28,274 nucleotides of DNA from Eledone cirrhosa (lineage: Eukaryota), in the NCBI GenBank assembly GCA_964016885.1, contig CAXHJY010000137.1, positions 1 to 28,274 of the forward strand, written 5' to 3'. The notes under the pieces were generated by a model. That model saw nothing but the letters and a program-made list of their open reading frames with translations, did no database searches and was not told where the DNA came from. The stretch's first letter is position 1. Each line of letters begins with the position of its first letter. Below are positions 12,294-23,106 of this stretch, piece by piece. Position numbers and translations under genes: made by a program.

Positions 12294-13948
12294 TCAGCTA
12301 GTGTTGGGTATGTAGTATAGGGTGTGTCTCTGGTGTTTGATGCTAGATGTGGTGTTAGGTTCCAGTCCGACATTGCTATATATAGGGCTTAAAGTTTGGA
12401 AGGAATGTCTGAGGCGGTGCTGGCAAGTTGCAAACACCTCAGATTTTTTGTTAAGTAGGTTACTTGTTAAGTAGGTTACGGTTGGAGAAGATAATATTGT
12501 GTGTCTCTAGTATACAGAGGTTACAGAATTTATTAGGTGGTTTGTACGAGGTCGCGCTGCCTATCACTTCCCATTTGAGTGTGTAAGGTTTATTTTTAGA
12601 TTTTAGATAGTGTATGTAGCTAGAAAGTGAGGTGGAGTTGGCTAGGCTGTGCTTTTTGAACGAGTGGATGTGCGAGTTATATCTGATTTTGAAGCAGTTA
12701 GAAGTGGAGCCTACATAGGTTTCTGAAGAGTTATTAGTCGTGACTGTGCATGAGTATATGACATCCTTGGTTAGGCATTTTTTATCTAAAGGGCAGGTTC
12801 TATTAGCTCTACAGTTACAATTATTCTGTGCGTTAGTCCGCTGGTTATAATGCAATGCGGAAGTCTGTGTGGTGGATATAGGATTTTGGGTGTTCGGGTT
12901 GACAACCCTGGTGTTATTACTTATACTAGTGTTATTTCTATTGTTACTGCCGTTGCTATTGTTGCTTGCTACAGTGGTATTTAGAGGGTTTGCATCCCGT
13001 TGTGATTTTGTTTGTTGGAAGTAAGAACTAATTTTACTATTATTGCTGCTAGCTATGTGGTATGCTAGTTAGGCGTCGTAGAGTATGAGATTTTAATGGT
13101 ATTTTTGTTTAAGAGGTTGTGGTACTTGTGTCCTAGAGGGAAGTTTTTATCTAGTAGTGAGAAGAAAGCCCTAGGTATGTTGGTGGAGACATTTAGGTTG
13201 AAAGGAGGGTTGAAAAATGTATTATTTCTTCTTCTATGTTTGCTTTTAGTGTTTGGTGTGTTGCTTCCTCCTAAGGCCTCACAGTAGTTTCCATGGTAAT
13301 GGTTACTTCCTGTGGCACCCTCCGCTTTGGTGTACTTGTGGTTGCTATTCCTATTATTAGATTTCCTCATGGACATGTTGTGCGAGATTATGTTGTAGCT
13401 ATGTGTTTTCTTAGGTAGGAACTCAATTTCTATATTATGGCCGGAGCTAGCTAATGCTTGATTGTAATATTGTGAGTTTTTGCTAAATATGTTTGCGTCA
13501 TAGGACAGACTAGAGATTCTATTGGACACCCCCTTAGAGATAGAGTTTAATATTGATCTAGGGTGATTAGACTTGGTATCTACGTAAATAAGTTTCTCAT
13601 TAGGCTTATGGAAAGGTGTATATATTTTTGAGTCTAGGTATAGTGTGGCGTCTAGGAAGTTAACATTTTTAGTGTTTTTGTCCATGGTGATACTAAGGTT
13701 AAAGTTTTTGAATGTCTTATGCAGTTGTTTTCTAGTTCTTTCTATATTAAATTTTTTATATTCTATGAGTAGAAGTGCATCATCGCGGTACAAACCACCG
13801 TTGAGGTAAGGGAGGTCTTTATGGATTTCATTGAGGAGGTATAGGCCGACCAAATCAGTGACCTGCGCCGAGTCACTAGATCCCATGGTTATGTCGAAGT
13901 TGTTGTGCGTATCCTTGCGTGTCCATAGTTGGTCCTCGAAGGTAATTA
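12294..13948 (-). pseudogene. PLE RT (motif B' onward) + GIY-YIG endonuclease, disrupted
   Basis: FDITMGSSDSAQVTDLVGLYLL, GLYRDD, NFLD, SNHP, FFNPPF, CNCRxxxxCPLxxxC, VIY..YVGST..FKIRYNSH, CNLCILE. 1-nt frameshift near 13067 and a 16-bp duplication at 12448-12479. Confidence 0.9.
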
Positions 13949-14260
13949 TGCACTATATAACCACTTATCTTCATGTTGTACTTTAACCTATATCTTTGAT
14001 TTTTGATTGTACCTATTAATATAAATGTAATCTCGAAGTGTGTACTGCCACTCTAAATTCTGTAATGAATGTTGACCCACAATGTTTGAATATGTATCAA
14101 TGTTTGAATATGTATTGGTATGTCTCTCGGCTGAAAAGGAGGTCATATAACTGTCCATGCATTAATAAATTGCTCCGAAGAATCCAAACCTCGGTTTGGA
14201 GGAAACAGCTGTAAGCACAATAATGTTTTGAACAGTTCTTTGATTCTTATATTTCATATA
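13949..14260. repeat. Right arm of 312-bp inverted repeat, joined at the ORF truncation point
   Basis: Reverse complement of 10867-11178; abuts (TA)n. Confidence 0.95.
14171..14217 (+). ncRNA. Minimal type I hammerhead ribozyme, CCGAAGA core variant
   Basis: TGCT-CCGAAGA-A-TCCAAAC-ctcg-GTTTGGA-G-GAAA-CAGCTG-TA-AGCA: stem I, 7-bp stem II, palindromic stem III ACAGCTGT, GUA cleavage triplet. Confidence 0.8.
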
Positions 14261-14264
14261 TTTC

Positions 14265-14296
<32 letters not shown>

Positions 14297-14598
14297 GTAT
14301 ATATATGTATATATATATATGTATATATATATCTGTATCATATATATATATATGTATATATATATATGTATATATATATATATGTATATATATATATGTA
14401 TATATATGTATATATATATATGTATATATATATATATCTGTATCATATATATATATATGTATATATATATCATATATATATATATATCATATATGTATAT
14501 ATATCATATATCATATATATATATCATATATATATATATTATATATATATATATATCATTTATATATATATATATATATCATTTATATATATATATCG

Positions 14599-14629
<31 letters not shown>

Positions 14630-14709
14630 CATATATATATATAAACATATAAATCATATATATATATATCATATATATATATATATATATATATATCATA
14701 TATATGTAT

Positions 14710-14752
<43 letters not shown>

Positions 14753-14963
14753 CATATATATATATAAACATATATATCATATATATATATATCATATATA
14801 TATATATATATATATATCATATATATGTATATCATATATATATATATATATATCATATATATGTATATCATATATATATATATATATATCATATATATGT
14901 ATATCATATATATATATATATATCATATATATATATATATATATCATATATATATATCATATA
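14261..14963. repeat. (TA)n microsatellite with TCA and TG interruptions
   Basis: Directly visible. Confidence 0.97.
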
Positions 14964-15093
14964 TTTTACAATTTAGCTTCGTTTATTAACGCTATATATA
15001 TTTCAGTGACAGCCACCTTTGGCTGTGATCTCAGCCAAAGATGGCTGTCACTGAAATATGTATAGCAGTAATAAAGGAAGCTAAATTTTAAAA
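14964..15093. repeat. 130-bp spacerless palindrome
   Basis: 65-bp arms centred on 15028/15029, 7 mismatches by eye. Confidence 0.92.
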
Positions 15094-15219
15094 CATTTGA
15101 CTTTTTATTTAACTTAAATTTACACTACTCCGGAGTAACCAAGCCAACCTGCGCACTTCGTTGAGTGCTCCAGCCTGCATACTGAGGTGTTGGTATACAA
15201 CCAATATAAACTCAAAATC

Positions 15220-15926
15220 TATATATCATATATATATATATATATATATATGTATAAATATATATATATATAAAACATATATATATAATATATAATATAG
15301 AGATATTTATATATGAAATATATATATATATATATGAAATATATATAATATATACGTGAAATATATATAATATATACAAATTATATATATATATATATAT
15401 AAATATATATAATATATAAAAATTATATATATATATAAATATATATAATATATATAATACATATATAATATATATATTATATTTATGTAATAGATATATA
15501 TAACATATATGTTTAACATGTATAACGTATATATATATTATATATAAGTAATATATATATATAATATGTATACAAAATAAATCTATATATTATATATATA
15601 TATATATGTAATATATATATATTTTTATATATATGATATATATGTCATATATATAAATATATATATTATATATATATATATATGTAATATATATATATTT
15701 TTATATATATGATATATATGTCATATATATAAATATATATATATATACACATACATAATACGCATATGTATATATATATAATATATATGTATAATATATA
15801 TATATAATATATTTATATACATATATATATACATATAATATATATATAATATATTTATATACATATAATATATATATATATATATTATATATATATACAT
15901 ATATTATATATATAACATATATATAT
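15220..15926. repeat. Degenerate (TA)n low-complexity tract
   Basis: Directly visible; continues at 16113-16462. Confidence 0.95.
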
Positions 15927-16110
15927 AATTGTTTCTACTTTAGGCACAAGGCCAGCAATTACTCAGTGCATTACTGGTACTTTATTTTGTCGACCCCGTA
16001 AGGATGAAAGGCAAAGTCAACCTCGGCGGGATTTGAACTCAGATAGTAAAGGGACGTAACTATGCTGGAAAGCATGGCGTCCGACCCTCTACCGATACTG
16101 CCAATCCACC
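15927..16110 (-). mobile_element. tRNA-derived SINE (short subfamily)
   Basis: A-box-like TGGCAGTATCGG, B box GAGTTCAAATCC, central GCCTTTCATCCTTACGGGGTCGA; homologous to seven other copies in the window. Confidence 0.88.
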
Positions 16111-16462
16111 ACTATATATAATATATTTATATACATATAATATACATATAATATATACATATAATATATATACACACATATATAATATATACAATATATA
16201 TATATACATATATATATTATATATATATATAAATATATATATACATGTATATAATATATATATATACAATATATATACATGTATATATAATATATATATA
16301 TATACATGTATATATAATATATATATATAATATATATATATATATGTATAAATATATATATTATATATATATTATATAAATATAATATATATATATGTAT
16401 GTATAAATATATATATTATATATATTTATACATACTTATTCATACATACATATATATATATA

Positions 16463-16692
16463 CTAGCAGATGTACCCGGCGTTGCTCGGGAAATGAATGA
16501 CAGCTTGAATTGTTCAAGGTCGTTTATGGCTTAGCTAGCTATTTCTGAGTGCATGTCAGCTAATTGGTTAGCCAATGAGAGGTCGCCGCAATAGCACGTG
16601 CCAAATCGGCCTAGTACTTCAAAAGTTAAATGAAGCCTAGTATTTGTACGTAGACAGAGACACACACAGACCGACTTGCTTTTATATATATA
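16463..16692 (-). mobile_element. Non-autonomous Helitron
   Basis: Minus strand ends CCCGAGCAACGCCGGG hairpin + 8 nt + CTAG followed by T. The other end is TATATATAAAA followed by GT/CT microrepeats. A 5' TC is not clearly seen. Confidence 0.7.
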
Positions 16693-17126
16693 TAATATAT
16701 ATATATATTATATATATATCAGAAATAGCAACACAATCGGTACAGTATACTAATATATTCTACTAGTATATACATATACACACATACACACTCATATATA
16801 TATATATACATACACATACTTACACCCGTACATATAGATATATAGATATACATATATATACATATACATATATATACATATATATATATATACATATATA
16901 TAAATATATATATACATATATACATATATATATATATACATATACATATATACATATATATATGTATACATATATATACATATATACATATATATATACA
17001 TATATATATATACATATATATATATATACATATACATATATACATATATATATGTATACATATATATACATATATACATATATATATACATATATATATC
17101 TATATACATATATATACATATATATA

Positions 17127-17160
<34 letters not shown>

Positions 17161-17569
17161 CATATATATATCTATACATATATATACATATATATGTACA
17201 TATATATATCTATATACATATATATATACACATATATATGTACATACATATATATATATACATACATATATATATACATACATATATATATATATACATA
17301 CATATATATATATACATATATATATACATACATATATATATATACATACATATATATATATATACATACATATATATATATATACATATATATATACATA
17401 CATATATATATACATACATATATATATATATACATACATATATATATATATATACATATATACATATATATATATATACATACATATACATACATATATA
17501 TATATATATACATACATATACATACATATATAAATACATATATATATAAATATATATAAACATATACAT

Positions 17570-17604
<35 letters not shown>

Positions 17605-17723
17605 CATATATATACATATATATATAAATATATATAAACATATACATATATAAATATATATATATATATACATATACATACACATACAGACACACACACA
17701 CACACACACATACATATATACAC

Positions 17724-17772
<49 letters not shown>
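16693..17772. repeat. (TA)n with CA interruptions grading into (CA)n
   Basis: Directly visible; includes a short non-repeat patch at 16720-16768. Confidence 0.95.
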
Positions 17773-17774
<2 letters not shown>

Positions 17775-18117
17775 AAATATTGTATGAAGCAGCGAAAATG
17801 TCATGCAGATTGCAAATGGAAGCTGACTTGCATGAAGAAAAAAAATTGCAAACAGCAAACGAGAAAAAAGCAAAGCAAGGGGAGGTAATCGCTGTAATGT
17901 GATTAAATGTATAAATTAGAGGATAAAAATAACTTTGACACAAAACGTAATTAAATTTAAATAGTTCCTCCATGACAAAAGAGCGTGGAATGACCCTTCA
18001 AATCAGAAAAAAAATAAGCAGGATGAAAATAACTCTTAAATAAATAGATTGAATAGAATATATAATGTGGATGGCTGTTGTTTGGTGTACGTCACATATA
18101 TAAAACTGTATGAAGTG

Positions 18118-18189
<72 letters not shown>

Positions 18190-18334
18190 ACGACTCGCTG
18201 GAAGGACTGTTTGAGGGCTCAGCCCCGACGACCCTCTCAAAAATAAGTGGGCGAAAAAGAAGGTAGACATTTATATATATATAATACATATATATATGTA
18301 ATATATATATATGTAATACATATATATATAATAC

Positions 18335-18367
<33 letters not shown>

Positions 18368-18390
18368 TAATACATATATATATATAATAC

Positions 18391-18423
<33 letters not shown>

Positions 18424-18501
18424 TAATACATATATATATATAATACATATATATATATGTAATATATATATAAAATACATATATATAATATATATATATA
18501 T

Positions 18502-18738
18502 AAGTTTAAGAATAACCAAAGAGTGCTTAGAAATACATTGTTTTATTTGCTAACAGTGTTTCATCCATACCTTAGGGCAGGAATCATCAGGCCTATAAAC
18601 AAACAAATATATATCAAAGGTTGCAGGCTCGGTGGAGCCTAGTCACTAGGACAAGAAGTGTGGCACACAATACATGATACATTTAATGCCCTTGTAATGT
18701 TAGACACACGGTTTACTGTGTTTCTTACTATATATTGT
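18502..18738 (-). mobile_element. Probable solo pLTR fragment of a PLE
   Basis: Hammerhead-bearing island flanked by TA arrays (18272-18501 and 18739-19106). Confidence 0.5.
18549..18592 (-). ncRNA. Degenerate PLE-type hammerhead motif
   Basis: Minus strand GC-CTGATGA-T-TCC-TGCC-ctaa-GGTA-t-GGA-T-GAAA-CACTGTTAGC, resembling the 14171 motif; stem I is weak. Confidence 0.6.
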
Positions 18739-18830
18739 GTATATATATATATATATATATAATACATACATATATATATATTTATAATACACACATATAC
18801 ATATATAATACATTTATTTATATAATATAT

Positions 18831-18883
<53 letters not shown>

Positions 18884-19061
18884 TATAATACATATTTATA
18901 TATAATACATACATATACATATAATATATATATATATATAATACATATATATATCTATATAATACATATATATATGATACATATATATATATATATATAA
19001 TACATATATACACACATATATATGTATATATAATACACACACACCCACACACACATTTTAT

Positions 19062-19109
<48 letters not shown>

Positions 19110-19147
19110 TACTAGGATCGGAATTAAGAGTATTCCGCAGTTCACAG

Positions 19148-19343
19148 TAATAATAATAATTGTTTCTACTTTAGGCACAAGGCCAGCAATTACCCCAGTT
19201 CATTACTGGTACTTTATTTTATCGACCCCGTAGGGATGAAAGGCAAAGTTAACCTCGGCGGGATTTGAACTCAGAATGGCAAGGGCCGTAACTCTATGCG
19301 TCAAAGCATGGCGTCCGACCCTCTACCGATACTGCCAATCCAC
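19148..19343 (-). mobile_element. tRNA-derived SINE (short subfamily)
   Basis: A/B boxes, core, (ATT)n tail; head-to-tail with the next copy. Confidence 0.88.
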
Positions 19344-19346
19344 AGT

Positions 19347-19538
19347 AATAATAATAATTGTTTCTACTTTAGGCACAAGGCCAGCAATTACCCAGTGTAT
19401 TACTGGTACTTTATTTTATCGACCCCGTAAGGATGAAAGGCAAAGTCAACCTCGGCGGGATTTGAACTCAGATCGTAAAGGGACGTAACTATGCTGGAGA
19501 GCATGGCATCCGACCCTCCACTGATACTGCCAATCCAC
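19347..19538 (-). mobile_element. tRNA-derived SINE (short subfamily)
   Basis: Same family as the adjacent copy. Confidence 0.88.
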
Positions 19539-19584
19539 AATATTAGCTCAAAGAAGAATAGAGAATTTTCTTCTGAGCTCAGAC

Positions 19585-19767
19585 ACAAATACTTTACACA
19601 AATAGAAGTGTGTTACACAGTGAGGTTTGATTCTGACTTAGGTTTTTTTCTATTTAATTGCTAAACCTGTAGATATTGTTTTCTATACAATAACGGTAAA
19701 AATCACTTGGAATAATTCTTTACACACATCTCACTGTGTAACACACTTCTATTTGTGTAATATATTT

Positions 19768-19769
<2 letters not shown>
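19585..19769. repeat. 40-bp inverted repeat with 105-bp spacer
   Basis: 19585-19624 vs 19730-19769, 2 mismatches; right arm abuts (TA)n. Confidence 0.85.
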
Positions 19770-19822
<53 letters not shown>

Positions 19823-19937
19823 TATATTTATATATATGAATATTCCTAACTTCTGTTTCTAATTATTCATTTTTTATACTTAAACGCAACAACACAGCTC
19901 GCCATTTTGATTCATATATATATATATATATATATAT

Positions 19938-19977
19938 CGTTTCTGAATTTATTGGCAACATGACCCTCCCAAAGTAT

Positions 19978-19983
<6 letters not shown>
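19938..19983 (+). mobile_element. Tiny tail fragment of a PLE related to the 1-4513 element
   Basis: ATGACCCTCCCAAAGTATAACAAT (19960-19983) vs ATGACCCTCCCCAAATATAACAAT (297-320); both encode MTLPKYNN. Confidence 0.7.
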
Positions 19984-20029
<46 letters not shown>

Positions 20030-20251
20030 TCAGCATTGGAGTATATACCCTTTCTTTCATATATGTCATTTCCCATAATATCCCGTTTGATATTATTTTT
20101 GGACCAATAATATTTAGGACCAATACAATAGATTAAAGCCAATAAATATCGCTAAACAAATATTTATTCCGTTTAATTAATAACAATAATATTATTACTT
20201 CAACTTATAATAAATATTAATATTTGTATTACCCACCATATTGCTTGATTA

Positions 20252-20316
20252 AATAATTGTTTCTACTTTTGGCTCAAGGCCAGCAATTATCCCAGTGTAT
20301 TACTGGTACTTTATTT
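20252..20316 (-). mobile_element. SINE 3' fragment
   Basis: Matches the 3' end of the other copies. Confidence 0.8.
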
Positions 20317-20386
20317 TCTGGTTAAATAATATTTATGAGTGAGTTATCACTCCTTAATATTATGTAACCAGAAAATATTAGGGTGC

Positions 20387-20534
20387 TGGATTGGCAGTAT
20401 CGGTAGAGGTTTGGGCACAATGCTTTACATCACAGAGGTTAACTTTGCCTTTCATCCTTACCGGGTCAATAAAATAAAGTACCAGTAATACACTGGGATA
20501 ATTGCTGGCCTTGTGCCAATAGTAGAAACAATTA
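20387..20534 (+). mobile_element. SINE with internal deletion removing the B box
   Basis: Head and core present, GAGTTCAAATCC absent. Confidence 0.82.
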
Positions 20535-20550
20535 ATGAGTGAGTTATCAG

Positions 20551-20771
20551 TAATAATGGTTTCTTATATAGACACAAGGCCAGCAATTATGGGGAAGGGG
20601 AAAGTCGATTAAATCGACCCCAGTGCGTGACTGGTACTTTATTTTATCGACCCCGTAAGGTTGAAAGGCAAAATTAACCTCGGCGGGATTTGAACTCAGA
20701 TTATAAATGGCCGTAACTCTATGCTGCAAAGCATGGTATCTAACCCTCTACCGATACTGCCAATCCACCGC
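20551..20771 (-). mobile_element. tRNA-derived SINE (long subfamily) with target-site duplication
   Basis: Extra GGGGAAAGTCGATTAAATCGA segment; flanked by TGAGTTATCAGTAATAAT at 20540-20557 and 20775-20792. Confidence 0.88.
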
Positions 20772-20785
20772 CCTTGAGTTATCAG

Positions 20786-21010
20786 TAATAATAATAATAA
20801 ATGTTTTTACTTTAGGAACAAGGCCAGCAAATTGAAGTGGAGGGCAGAAAGTCGATTAAATCGACCCCAGTCCATTACTGGTACTTTATTTTATCGACGT
20901 CGTAATGATGAAAGGCAAAGCTAACATCGGCTGGATTTGAATTTAGAACGTAGAGTTCTGTAACTACATGCCACAATGTATGTTGTCCGACACTCTACTG
21001 ATCCTGAAAA
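20786..21010 (-). mobile_element. tRNA-derived SINE (long subfamily, more diverged)
   Basis: Same layout with a decayed head. Confidence 0.82.
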
Positions 21011-21061
21011 TCCTCTGTCCTATATTGATGATCATAATAATAACTATTATTATTATTTTAA

Positions 21062-21270
21062 CGGTGGATTGGCAGTATCGGTAGAGGATCGGACGCCATG
21101 CTTTGCAGCAAAGAGTTACGGCCCTTTATGGTCTGAGTTCAAATCCCGCCGAGGTTAACTTTGCCTTTCATCCTTACGGGGTCGATAAAATAAAGCACCA
21201 GTAATGTACTGGGTAATTGCTGACCTTGTGCCAAAAGTAGATACAATTATTATTATTATTATTATTATTA
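21062..21270 (+). mobile_element. tRNA-derived SINE (short subfamily)
   Basis: A-box-like 21070-21081, B box 21135-21146, core 21163-21195, (ATT)n tail. Confidence 0.9.
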
Positions 21271-21284
21271 GATATGGAAAACTA

Positions 21285-21510
21285 GAAAAAAAATCGCAAA
21301 ATTAGTTGGTTTAATGCTCCGTTTAGCCTTAATGTGAATACTATTATCGCCTAAATATTTTCTTTATTATTTTGCCAGCTACATATTTTTCAGGAAAAAA
21401 AATAACAACACCAACAACAGCAACAACAACAAAAAGAAATTACCCCAGATATTATAAGAATTTTAATAGGAATAATGTTAAATTAAATTTCAGCTGCAAA
21501 CAACATTTTG
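21285..21510 (+). pseudogene. Old fragment of a Hydra-like PLE ORF
   Basis: NRKISWFNAPFSLNVNTIIA* and RYYKNFNRNNVKLNFSC align with RRNNTFFNPPFNLNVSTNIP and KYHNLLNKNTIKISYST of the 13065-13886 ORF. Confidence 0.7.
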
Positions 21511-21976
21511 CGCGCAGAAGTAGCAAATATTATATATGAAAAACCCAAAAAGGTAACATTAAAAATATAATAAATAATAACTATGTATATAAATATTTAA
21601 AAAATAAATACACCCCAAACCCCACGCCACAGACATCCACCCTACGCCTACACCTTAAACAGCTATCTACATGCAATTTTTCCGTTTGGGCAATTGTTTT
21701 AACCACGTAAAGAGTCCATTAAATTATTCACGTCTTTTAAAATCGATAGCTTATTGTAAACGAAGATGCACACGCAGTATAGATCTACACGAAAGCATAG
21801 TCATATCCATTCCTGTACACACGTATCTTATATTTAATTTGCACATGCGCAAACACTCACACGCACACACTAGATAGAGTAGGGTTGAGTTACTATATCA
21901 TATTTATTCCCATTAAAATATAGTTACAAATTCTGTCTTAGTTTTCAATCTAGAAGTTATGTTAATATCAGCTTTG

Positions 21977-23105
<1,129 letters not shown>

Positions 23106-23106
23106 A

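Larger units (their letters stand above)
10708..14260 (-). mobile_element. 5'-truncated Penelope-like element (Hydra-like clade) with inverted pLTR
   Basis: Minus-strand RT/EN remnant, 312-bp inverted repeat 10867-11178 / 13949-14260, hammerheads in both arms, both ends in (TA)n. Confidence 0.88.

Noticed and set aside
21062-21152. tRNA gene
   Set aside because: A and B boxes are present but there is no cloverleaf; it is a SINE head.
21759-21805. Hammerhead-like ACGAAGA...GAAA...GTC
   Set aside because: Core mismatched and no convincing stem II or stem I.
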